This document shows, piece by piece, positions 1 to 8,567 of a stretch of DNA of 64,000 nt; the stretch's first letter is position 1, and each line of letters starts with the position of its first letter. The notes below the pieces were generated by a model. That model had not been told where the DNA came from and ran no database searches. It saw nothing but the letters and a program-made list of their open reading frames with translations. Made by a program: the position numbers and the translations under genes. The stretch spans positions 62,001 through 126,000 of IMG/VR virus record IMGVR_UViG_3300008111_000002; one strand, written 5' to 3'.

Positions 1-217
1 TGTGTATGTATTCTTTATCCCACTCTGGAACTACATAACTGAAATCGTAATCAATGACACAATCGTCATCAACTATCCATGCAAATTTTGTAAAGGTATG
101 TGATAATGCTTCTTGTACAGTTGCACGTTTTTGTGCGTGGGGAAATTTATTTTTTAATTGCTGCCATCTTTGATCAGAGGAGGGAGTTCTTTGATCTATA
201 AAAAATAAATCATACAT
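1..217 (-). CDS. Glycosyltransferase-like protein, N-terminal part (runs off the left edge; not in the ORF track)
   Basis: Manual translation from ATG at 217: MYDLFFIDQRTPSSDQRWQQLKNKFPHAQK...FAWIVDDDCVIDYDFSY; W-x-V-D-x-D motif like the neighbouring gene; start overlaps the upstream stop. Confidence 0.7.
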   Translation of the reverse strand, partial: MYDLFFIDQRTPSSDQRWQQLKNKFPHAQKRATVQEALSHTFTKFAWIVDDDCVIDYDFSYVVPEWDKEYIH

Positions 218-1103
218 TTTTAGTTGGGAAATAGTAAGTAGCACAGAGATCAAAAGTTTCTCTGTAAAGATCAGCAGTAAATTTACTTTGTTTTTCGTTT
301 AACCAAGGCCATTCAAAACCCAACTCTCTATGTATTTTTGTTCCAAGATCTTGAGCATCTTGTTCTACACTATCATGATTAACATTTTCTTCATAGATAT
401 TTTTTAAGATTTCAAAATCTCTTACATCAACATAGTTCCAGTTTGTACAATTAGTCATCCAGGTTCCCATACGAGCACCCAGAATAGCATACTTTCCGTT
501 TTCAATATGAGTTCCGACTGTACTCCATATCTTAAGACGGTGTATATTATGCCACCATATTTGTTGTTTGATTTCGGTAGGTTTAACCTTAACACCATCT
601 TTAAGAGTCATTTTAACTCCTTCGCGGAATCCTGCTCTCCATGCCTGAAATGGGGTGCAATTAATAACACTTTGACTAAAAGAACGAGGATGATTTTTAT
701 ATCCATCCTCCCAACAAAAATCTACCTGTGCTTGTGGTGTGTCCGCAGCTTCGTGAGTTTTCATATTAAGAATAAAATCTTTGTGCCAGATTTTAAGACC
801 ACCGTTACCATACCGTAGTCCGTTAACAGAATTTACACCACACCAACCATAGACTCTTATTTTTTCATTCGACATATCTAAATCCATGTCAAAAAAAGTT
901 GAATCTACTATATTATCTGCGTCGACTGTGATTAACCAGTCTGTTTCTGATTGATCTGCAGCAACTTTATGCGCAGCATCGCTGCCTTTAACTCCGTGTA
1001 CACGTTTAGCCCAAGGTACTTTTGTTAATAAATCTGCATAATTTTTTTCAGCATTTGGTTCATCATAACTGATAAAAACGGTATCAAACTCAATTACTTT
1101 CAT
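210..1103 (-). CDS. Glycosyltransferase-like (GT-A/DxD) phage protein
   Basis: 297 aa; FISYDEPNAE start, 'WLITVDADN' DxD motif, YGNGGLK motif. Confidence 0.65.
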   Translation of the reverse strand: MKVIEFDTVFISYDEPNAEKNYADLLTKVPWAKRVHGVKGSDAAHKVAADQSETDWLITVDADNIVDSTFFDMDLDMSNEKIRVYGWCGVNSVNGLRYGNGGLKIWHKDFILNMKTHEAADTPQAQVDFCWEDGYKNHPRSFSQSVINCTPFQAWRAGFREGVKMTLKDGVKVKPTEIKQQIWWHNIHRLKIWSTVGTHIENGKYAILGARMGTWMTNCTNWNYVDVRDFEILKNIYEENVNHDSVEQDAQDLGTKIHRELGFEWPWLNEKQSKFTADLYRETFDLCATYYFPTKNV

Positions 1104-1119
1104 TTTACCCCAATCTTAA

Positions 1120-1638
1120 TTAGAGTAAAGGAATCCAAAGAAGGAATCCTTGAGTTGCTAAAAGTGTAGCAAACCCCCCTAAAGATATTCCAATCCAATA
1201 CATACGTATACTAAATGTTAGCATAGAAGCTGCTAAAATAACAATAGCAATTTGATAGAATGCGTTAGCATATGTATACCAGGGGCTTCTTTTTTCTGCC
1301 ACTGCTCTTTCTGCTTCAATGGCTCTTGCTTTAGTCATTAATTCTTTTTTACCTTCCCCCGTTTTAGGATCAGATTCATATCTTTCAATTTTTTCTTTTA
1401 ATTTTTCTGCTTTTTTAGTTTCTTTTCTAAACACAGCATCATCATATGCAATTTCAGCTAACGATTGTTTTACAGATTTTGCTTGATAAAAAGACCAAAT
1501 GTTATTTGATTCGATTGTATTATTTAAAATTTGAGAAGAATTATCACCGTCTAATAAAGATGTTATAGCTAATAGTGCTGCTAATACTGTTATTATCCAA
1601 CCAGTGCGCTCTTTGATTTGTTCTTTATTGTCACTCAT
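1120..1638 (-). CDS. DUF4337-like membrane protein
   Basis: 172 aa; N-terminal TM segment, 'WSFYQAKSVKQ' motif, coiled region, two C-terminal TM segments. Confidence 0.65.
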   Translation of the reverse strand: MSDNKEQIKERTGWIITVLAALLAITSLLDGDNSSQILNNTIESNNIWSFYQAKSVKQSLAEIAYDDAVFRKETKKAEKLKEKIERYESDPKTGEGKKELMTKARAIEAERAVAEKRSPWYTYANAFYQIAIVILAASMLTFSIRMYWIGISLGGFATLLATQGFLLWIPLL

Positions 1639-1648
1639 AATTAAATCC

Positions 1649-2281
1649 TTATTTTACTTCAAAGTTTACTTTATCAAAAATTTTAATATAATAAATGCTA
1701 ATATCTTCTGGTAAAGTTGAACCATCAAATTCTACTTCAACCTCATTGTTATTAACTAACGTATTGGCCGAAACTACTATTGGACTTATTAATTCATTAG
1801 GATTATTATATTTTGTAATGTAAAAACGAATTCGAACTTCATCATCTGGATTAGAAATTAATGATTTAACATAATTTTTAGCACCATCAGTAATTAATGC
1901 AACTTTGAAAACTTTTTTCTCTAATAAAATAGATATTCTTGCATCTAAGAATGATTCATTTATATCGTTATCAAATTCTATTCTTACAAAATCTCCAAAC
2001 CCATCATTTTCGGTATCTAGTGGAATTGGTTCTATCTTAAATGTAGTTTTATTAATTCTATAATTGTATATTCCTTGAGCAAAAAGCTCCTCTATTAAAT
2101 TTAATTGATCTTCAGAAACCGGAATTACTTTTGAAGCTGGAATTAAATCTTCTGGATATTCTATCCTTGGATCTTTAGGCCATAAGCCACAAAGTTTAAA
2201 GTTTGCCTGGTAATAAGCAACATGCCAAATTGGTTTTGCACTTTCTATAAAATTTTCAAATTTTTCTTTAAAGTTTGCCAT
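1649..2281 (-). CDS. Hypothetical protein
   Basis: 210-aa ORF overlapping the upstream gene's end, co-oriented in the operon. Confidence 0.7.
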   Translation of the reverse strand: MANFKEKFENFIESAKPIWHVAYYQANFKLCGLWPKDPRIEYPEDLIPASKVIPVSEDQLNLIEELFAQGIYNYRINKTTFKIEPIPLDTENDGFGDFVRIEFDNDINESFLDARISILLEKKVFKVALITDGAKNYVKSLISNPDDEVRIRFYITKYNNPNELISPIVVSANTLVNNNEVEVEFDGSTLPEDISIYYIKIFDKVNFEVK

Positions 2282-3128
2282 CTTTTATCCTCTTACGAAT
2301 TATTCTTTTATACGTGTTAATTTCATCTATTGTTATTAATTCTTTTTGAACATAATGAACTATATCAGTCTGTTCATAGTTTCCAATTTTAAGTTCTGCA
2401 TTTCTATCAAAAGAAAATTTTAATTCTTTAGTCCAAACATCACTTAAATTAATACAATTTTGAATTCTAGACTTCATATGCACTATTCTAGGAAAAGGTA
2501 AATCTATTGAAATTTTATCCGCTATACCGAGCAGTTTGGCTGCTAGCCCAAAAATTTCATCTGTTCCTAAAATAGCTCCGTTGTCATTATCTAGAAGAAC
2601 ATTTCTAAACTCTACAGGATATTTAGTTATAATTTTTACCAGTTTAAAAAATTCCTTACTAATTTCAATATCTTTATCAAAATAAGTGAATGCAGAATAT
2701 AATATTGGAATATCATTAATTTTTTGTAATTTTCTATAATGATCACCAGTTGCAAATTCACCCTTAAAAGTTAATACTTTATTTGGAATATACAAAGAAG
2801 AAATTTCTCTAATTTTATCAATCCAATGACTATAGTCGGAAAAAAACAACATATCTGCATCTAAACAAACAGTTTGATCCCAGGGAGTAATTTCGTCCAT
2901 AAACGATCTTCCATCCCAGTGAGTTTCTTTATCCCAAAAAATTACTTTATCAAATGCCCAAATATTTTTTAATATAGGTATCCAATTTTTATTATCTGTA
3001 GCTATAGCAATATTATCGTAACCAAGCGGTTGAGTTTTTTTAATAGACAGTGCTAAGGCATGTGCTAATTGATGATAATTAGCAGTATTGCTTTCTGATA
3101 CTACAATTAAATAACCAAAAGTTTTCAT
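2268..3128 (-). CDS. Glycosyltransferase-like protein (GT8-like DxD)
   Basis: 286 aa; 'TVCLDADMLF' DxD motif, 'GTDEIF' motif, H-x-K near the C-terminus. Confidence 0.65.
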   Translation of the reverse strand: MKTFGYLIVVSESNTANYHQLAHALALSIKKTQPLGYDNIAIATDNKNWIPILKNIWAFDKVIFWDKETHWDGRSFMDEITPWDQTVCLDADMLFFSDYSHWIDKIREISSLYIPNKVLTFKGEFATGDHYRKLQKINDIPILYSAFTYFDKDIEISKEFFKLVKIITKYPVEFRNVLLDNDNGAILGTDEIFGLAAKLLGIADKISIDLPFPRIVHMKSRIQNCINLSDVWTKELKFSFDRNAELKIGNYEQTDIVHYVQKELITIDEINTYKRIIRKRIKDGKL

Positions 3129-3934
3129 AATACGGTAATGTGTTTTATTAAATCTTCTTTATTCATAAAATGAACATCAGAATTTTTAATGTCTATTACA
3201 TATGGGTCTTTATCAACATCAAATAAAATCTTTACACCAAAATTTTTATCTATGTGTAAAATTTTTGAATTAACTGCTACTGAATTTATTGTTGGCAGAT
3301 AATATATCGATGCACTTAAATGTCCATTAAGAATATGATCAGCAATACTAAATGCTATATCATTTCTATAAAGACGAGGATTGAAATTATATAATAAATT
3401 AAAATAAAGGTATTCTTGTCTAATAATATTAACGAGATCAAAATATAACTTTGATTCATTATTTTTTTTAAACATTATAGTAGTTGCCCATTTCATTGGA
3501 ATACCTTGATAAGAAACATACTTGTCAAGGTATCCAGAATTGCTTTCTAAGAAAAAATTTGATCCAGGAGAAATTAAAAAACTTTGATCAATATCCCAAT
3601 ATTCATTAAGTTTATTAGTAAAAACAAAATAATCAGCATCAATAATTAATGTATGATCGTATGGTGTTAAATCCCATGCAGTGTTTCTATTAGAATTTAA
3701 AAAAGATGAAATTTTTCCATTAGACGATCTTTTATTAGACAACTCTGGTTTTTCTATTGTTATTATTTTATCAAAAATAGTAACATCAGTTACAGAACTT
3801 AAAGATTCGCTATCAGAAATTAAACTAACAGGATAATTTAATTGTTCTTTAGCTAACTTTGCCGATACTTTAGCAAGTTCCACATAATTTATAATTTCGT
3901 TATTATGTGCATAAATCAGTATTCCGCGATTCAT
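3125..3934 (-). CDS. Glycosyltransferase-like protein (DxD), paralog of neighbour
   Basis: 269 aa; 'TPYDHTLIIDADYF' parallels 'TPWDQTVCLDADMLF' of 2268-3128; ATGA overlap coupling. Confidence 0.65.
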   Translation of the reverse strand: MNRGILIYAHNNEIINYVELAKVSAKLAKEQLNYPVSLISDSESLSSVTDVTIFDKIITIEKPELSNKRSSNGKISSFLNSNRNTAWDLTPYDHTLIIDADYFVFTNKLNEYWDIDQSFLISPGSNFFLESNSGYLDKYVSYQGIPMKWATTIMFKKNNESKLYFDLVNIIRQEYLYFNLLYNFNPRLYRNDIAFSIADHILNGHLSASIYYLPTINSVAVNSKILHIDKNFGVKILFDVDKDPYVIDIKNSDVHFMNKEDLIKHITVL

Positions 3935-4281
3935 AATTTTAACAAATCATCCGGAGATCGTTTTGATTTAATTTTATCAAATTCAATTAAGTATTCATTT
4001 GTACTATCAAAATAAACATCTAAAATTTTATTTTGAAAATCATTTACATTTTTAATGTTAATAGGATTATTGTTAATATCTAAAATTGGAATATTTTCAA
4101 CTCTAGAATTTTTAATAAGAAAATCAACAAAGACTATTAATGGTCTATCAACATAAAATATTCCACCATCATAGCCAATTGTTAAGTTAGCATGAAGTTT
4201 ATCTTTAATTGTTTTTTTTTGAACTTCTATATTTTTTCTAAAAGTAGAAAAACCTAAAGCTTTTTGAAGTGCGTCTTCCAT
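3931..4281 (-). CDS. Hypothetical protein
   Basis: 116-aa ORF, first gene after the late promoter at 4308-4314. Confidence 0.75.
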   Translation of the reverse strand: MEDALQKALGFSTFRKNIEVQKKTIKDKLHANLTIGYDGGIFYVDRPLIVFVDFLIKNSRVENIPILDINNNPINIKNVNDFQNKILDVYFDSTNEYLIEFDKIKSKRSPDDLLKL

Positions 4282-4307
4282 AAAATTCTCGTTGTTTAAT
4301 GTGAAAA

Positions 4308-4314
4308 TATTTAT
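4308..4314 (-). promoter_or_regulatory. T4-type late promoter ATAAATA
   Basis: ATAAATA on the minus strand about 27 nt upstream of the 4281 start. Confidence 0.6.
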
Positions 4315-4351
4315 GAGAGCGTTTTTAAAAATTTAAAATTTATGAAAAATA

Positions 4352-5347
4352 TTAACTTGAAGACCAATTACCGTAATTGTAACTTGAAGGACCGGGTGTA
4401 ACTACAACGTTTCTACTTTGTCTAATTGTTACGTTTGGAGTAATTCTAAGAGATATACTATCACCGTATCCAATTGCTCCGGCTCCGGAGCCGCTCGCTA
4501 CTCCGCCTGTATACTGAGATTCCAATGTTAACTGAATATATAAAATAGACGCATCACCGGCCTGTGCATTATCTTTTCTAGTTTCTAGAAGTGCCAAGTT
4601 TGAGGAATAAGCGCCGCCGCCGCCATCGCTATACCATTCAGCAGCATTAGTACCATATGTTGTATTATTTCTAGTATACCACTGTTGGGCACCAAAAAAT
4701 CTATAACTATTAGCCCCACCCTGCATACTTTGTATATTGGCTAACATATCTTCACTTTGTTTTCTAAATTCTCCAGACAAAGATCCAGTATGAACAACTG
4801 AAAAATTAATATTAACGCCGCCGCCTGCATTAAAAAAGCGATTAGCAGCGGCCGGACTGCTGAATGCTACCGATAGTTCCCATACTGCAGAACCGCCAAA
4901 TGTAAGAGATGTTTGTCTTGACGATACTGCCGAAGGTGTTGAATCAGAAGCTTGTTCAGGAACCACTACGGCCCATTTGTCCGCGATTATATCATCGGCA
5001 ACTGATTTATATTTGTTATAAATCACTGTAGTAATATCATCACCGGCGGTTACATCAAAAGAATTATTTGCACCTCCAGGGATATCATTTTGTAACCCTA
5101 AATTAGTTGCAACCCACGTAGTTCCTTTTTGATGTGTTCTCGCCTTAATCATATCAAGACGAATACTATCCCATTCAGAATCATCTATTTTTTGTTGACC
5201 TACATTCGATGTTAAAGATAAAGCAATACCATATCCGTATGTATAGTCATCTGCTACGTTAGAAAGATAAGTCGGACCATCGTCTAATACAGCGCCCACT
5301 TTAGTACGAATATCAACATTATACGAATCTCTAGTAATCTTTGACAC
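4352..5347 (-). CDS. Virion structural protein (tail-associated)
   Basis: 331 aa, G/S/T-rich; shares 'WD.IRLD.I.ARTHQ.G' and 'AN.FFNAGGG' with the adjacent gene. Confidence 0.65.
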   Translation of the reverse strand: MSKITRDSYNVDIRTKVGAVLDDGPTYLSNVADDYTYGYGIALSLTSNVGQQKIDDSEWDSIRLDMIKARTHQKGTTWVATNLGLQNDIPGGANNSFDVTAGDDITTVIYNKYKSVADDIIADKWAVVVPEQASDSTPSAVSSRQTSLTFGGSAVWELSVAFSSPAAANRFFNAGGGVNINFSVVHTGSLSGEFRKQSEDMLANIQSMQGGANSYRFFGAQQWYTRNNTTYGTNAAEWYSDGGGGAYSSNLALLETRKDNAQAGDASILYIQLTLESQYTGGVASGSGAGAIGYGDSISLRITPNVTIRQSRNVVVTPGPSSYNYGNWSSS

Positions 5348-5392
5348 GTTATTTCCTCTAAATTAGTTTTAATATATATCTATTTTATTGGA

Positions 5393-6319
5393 TTAAGGAT
5401 ATGTAACTGGTCCTGCGCCCACAGTCCATTGTGCATCATATGCCCAGGCAACAGGTTTTGGACTTATAACTGAGTTAACTGACTGGCGTTGTAAAAATGA
5501 TATTGCTGAACTACCGGTAATTTGATCTCCGTATCCTGTTGCACCCGCACCTGATCCCACTGGTGCTCCTTGATCGTAATCAGACGTTAATCTAACTTCG
5601 AATGTTAACTGAGCAGAATTTAGATGGGATCCTGAATCAACCCTTGTTGAATATTCTAATCTATTCCCTGCATAATTCCCTGCTGAGGATATCACTGTTC
5701 CAAGATTTCTAAAATTTGAAGTTGATTGTCTCCAATCGTCTATTCCAAAAAATCTTGACCCTAACTGTGAAGAAAGTACACCAAAATTTTGACCTTGATT
5801 TCCAGCAGGGCCAGGAATAGAATTGTTAAAAGAAAAAGAAATTAAAAATCCGCCGCCTGCATTAAAAAATTGATTAGCTTCTGCTGGATTATTCCAAGCT
5901 ACTGTGGTCCTATGATATGCAAAATTACTAAAACTTAACTGCAATATGGGATTTACTAATGTGGGAGGAACAACATCGGAATATTGACCAACTGCTACAC
6001 TATCTTTATTTGCTACCGTTAATTGAACTAATGTTAAATACTCCCCATAAATTGCTGTTGAAATTAGGTCTCCTTGAGCAACATCTGTAAGAGTAGGGAT
6101 ACCTGATTGATGAGTTCTTGCACGAATAATATCTAATCTTAAATTATCCCAATGTGCATCATCAACTAAGGGATATAAATTTGTAATAGGATCTCTAACA
6201 ATTGCCGAAGATAGCATAGAATAGCCATATCCAGTTTGTAGATCAGTTGGATCCGACTCCATTATTTTTTTTATAGGGTCTCTAAGATCTGTATTAAATG
6301 AACTTGCACTAATATCCAC
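5393..6319 (-). CDS. Virion structural protein, paralog of 4352-5347
   Basis: 308 aa; same motifs plus the shared 'GSGAGA.GYGD.I' segment. Confidence 0.65.
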   Translation of the reverse strand: MDISASSFNTDLRDPIKKIMESDPTDLQTGYGYSMLSSAIVRDPITNLYPLVDDAHWDNLRLDIIRARTHQSGIPTLTDVAQGDLISTAIYGEYLTLVQLTVANKDSVAVGQYSDVVPPTLVNPILQLSFSNFAYHRTTVAWNNPAEANQFFNAGGGFLISFSFNNSIPGPAGNQGQNFGVLSSQLGSRFFGIDDWRQSTSNFRNLGTVISSAGNYAGNRLEYSTRVDSGSHLNSAQLTFEVRLTSDYDQGAPVGSGAGATGYGDQITGSSAISFLQRQSVNSVISPKPVAWAYDAQWTVGAGPVTYP

Positions 6320-6331
6320 GGTTAATCCTTT

Positions 6332-8191
6332 TTATAATACTAATACTTCAATAACTTTAATATCTATGTTGTTGTTAGATTCTAAAGCAATAGCAAACAC
6401 ATCTCCAGAATGTGGAACTGCTGCTACTGCGGTTCCGTCATTTCCTGCGATCAATCTTTGTCCTTTACGAACAGCTCCAGTTACTTTACAAGGAACTCGA
6501 CCTTTTAGTGCAATATAAGTACCGCCTTCTAAATCTTTATTCATCATAAATGCAGGATTTGTAGAAACCACACCAATGGCACGCTGGCCCCATTGACATG
6601 CTTCAACTTCATGCTCTTCGTGTTCACAAATAGAAACTACAGTCCCTGGCTCATATTCTTTATCTGCTAGATATTTTTCTGCTAAGTCAGCGTATCGAGC
6701 TGCTGTTGCAGTACCATTCATAATATTAGCGTATATATCACCGTTATTATCCCTACTTACTACAGAAGTTTTATCCCCGCCAGCTGGCAAAGTAATTGAA
6801 GCAGAATAATAAGACGAAGCACCAACTTTTAATGTATCGGATTTTTCGGCAGTTCCTTTAAAAATTCTAGCGGTCAAATCACCAAGAGAATCTCTAGCTG
6901 CAATCGATGCAACACCGGTCGGAACTGTTGTAGTAGCAAATCTTGCAGAACCTGCATCGACAATTAACGATCCCGAAGAACCGGTACATGAACCAGTCAA
7001 TGATCCTACAACTTCAACAGGGGTGCCCTGTGCACCAACAGAACCAGTAAAGAATCCACTGAATGTGTTTGTTTGAGAATTGTATGCAATAGTATTATCG
7101 TCGGCCCAGACAGAACCATAAAATCTGCTGTTTGTGGAATCTACAATTGTCTTGATTCCAGATTGATCAATTAAATCACCTTGTAAATTTGAAAATACTT
7201 TTACTGCATATATATTTCTGTACTTACTATCAGATCTACCAATATCAAATACTGGAGATACAGCACCAGAAGGTAAGATCGGGTAGAAACCATCTTTGGT
7301 AACAACTATCGAATCCCTATCTGTTGTATTAGTTTTAATTCTTAATGTTATTGTTCCTGGATCTCCGCCGGGAACTGCACCAGCTTGATTTTGAATAATT
7401 GGAAATTCTCCACCTTCAATATAAATACGCAACGGTTTACTGCCAGGAAAACCAACTTCATAACCGTCATAAGGAAATGTCACCGGATTTGTAAAACTTG
7501 CTTGACTTGACTTAATGTAATCACCGGCAGGGAATCCACCCAATCTATCTGCATCTGCTGCTGTCCCCCAAAATTTCCAATTTAATGCAGTAACACCTGT
7601 AGTGCTATTGGCTTCTGGTAATGTAAATCCTTTCTTAACAACACTAAATCCAGGTATCGGATTAATAGTTGAATCAATAGTAAATTCTTCTTTACTTAAT
7701 ATTGCAATTACTTCGTCAGCTACTGATAATTTTACAATAGCATAATTAGTACCGCCGACTGCTTTAACAATACTTGCGGTAAATGTTGAAGTACCAAATC
7801 CAGGAGCGGTTTGAGGACCAACTAAAACAAACGCACTACCAGACCAACAATTTAATTGATTAGTACTGGTATTGAACCAAAGATCTCCGGTTTGTAGACC
7901 TGTGGGCGGAGTATCACTAATTTCGGCGCCACCGGCAGCTTTAAAAATAGTACCGTCAAAATATCTTAAACGTTTTTTACCGCTATCGTACCAAATCTGT
8001 CCAGTAATTCTTTTAGGTGGAGGTGTGGTATTTGCAAAGTTTTCTAGTAAATGTAAAAAATTTTCATTTTGAACTTCGCCGTAACCGGCATAGTTTTTAC
8101 CTACAAAACGTAAATCTGTAGTATTGTCAATTGTACCGTCTGGTACATTTGTTAAAAAAGTTCCGTTAAATTTGTCAACTTGATATGGCAT
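6332..8191 (-). CDS. Tail fibre/spike protein with C-terminal intramolecular chaperone (peptidase G2-like) domain
   Basis: 619 aa; shared N-terminal 'GKNYAGYGE..NENF..LLENFA' anchor; C-terminal 'ARYADLAEKY...EPGTVV...GVVSTNPAF...IALKGRVPCKV'. Confidence 0.75.
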   Translation of the reverse strand: MPYQVDKFNGTFLTNVPDGTIDNTTDLRFVGKNYAGYGEVQNENFLHLLENFANTTPPPKRITGQIWYDSGKKRLRYFDGTIFKAAGGAEISDTPPTGLQTGDLWFNTSTNQLNCWSGSAFVLVGPQTAPGFGTSTFTASIVKAVGGTNYAIVKLSVADEVIAILSKEEFTIDSTINPIPGFSVVKKGFTLPEANSTTGVTALNWKFWGTAADADRLGGFPAGDYIKSSQASFTNPVTFPYDGYEVGFPGSKPLRIYIEGGEFPIIQNQAGAVPGGDPGTITLRIKTNTTDRDSIVVTKDGFYPILPSGAVSPVFDIGRSDSKYRNIYAVKVFSNLQGDLIDQSGIKTIVDSTNSRFYGSVWADDNTIAYNSQTNTFSGFFTGSVGAQGTPVEVVGSLTGSCTGSSGSLIVDAGSARFATTTVPTGVASIAARDSLGDLTARIFKGTAEKSDTLKVGASSYYSASITLPAGGDKTSVVSRDNNGDIYANIMNGTATAARYADLAEKYLADKEYEPGTVVSICEHEEHEVEACQWGQRAIGVVSTNPAFMMNKDLEGGTYIALKGRVPCKVTGAVRKGQRLIAGNDGTAVAAVPHSGDVFAIALESNNNIDIKVIEVLVL

Positions 8192-8208
8192 TCTTAGCTC
8201 CGTTTATC

Positions 8209-8215
8209 TATTTAT
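8209..8215 (-). promoter_or_regulatory. T4-type late promoter ATAAATA
   Basis: Motif 18 nt upstream of the 8191 start. Confidence 0.6.
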
Positions 8216-8216
8216 T

Positions 8217-8567
8217 TTAAAGTAATTGTCCTTGTGCAGCCAGATCTCGCTGTCTTTCTAGCTCTAAGTATTCTGCCTGACTTAATGTTGTAGATTTACT
8301 CAAAGCTTGTTCTCTAATATGTCTTAAAATTTTCCAATCTGTGCTATTTAAGAATTCTCTATTTTGAGCGGCCTTTAGATAACTAGGTGTCATCTCCGAA
8401 GTTTTTTCTTTAATAATTTTTAAAGATGTATCAAAATAATGTGTATTCTTTTGTAATTGCCAAAAATCAGCATCAGAAATCTCATGAATTAATACTGTAG
8501 ATGGAACTTCTGGTCTGTAGTTTAATACAGATATAACATTATCGTTTTCTATACAAATATAATACAT
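8217..8567 (-). CDS. Tail fibre assembly chaperone-like protein
   Basis: Start reassigned to ATG 8567 (TAATG overlap with the fibre stop); 'FLNSTDWKILRHIREQ' motif typical of tail-fibre assembly chaperones. Confidence 0.65.
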   Translation of the reverse strand: MYYICIENDNVISVLNYRPEVPSTVLIHEISDADFWQLQKNTHYFDTSLKIIKEKTSEMTPSYLKAAQNREFLNSTDWKILRHIREQALSKSTTLSQAEYLELERQRDLAAQGQLL

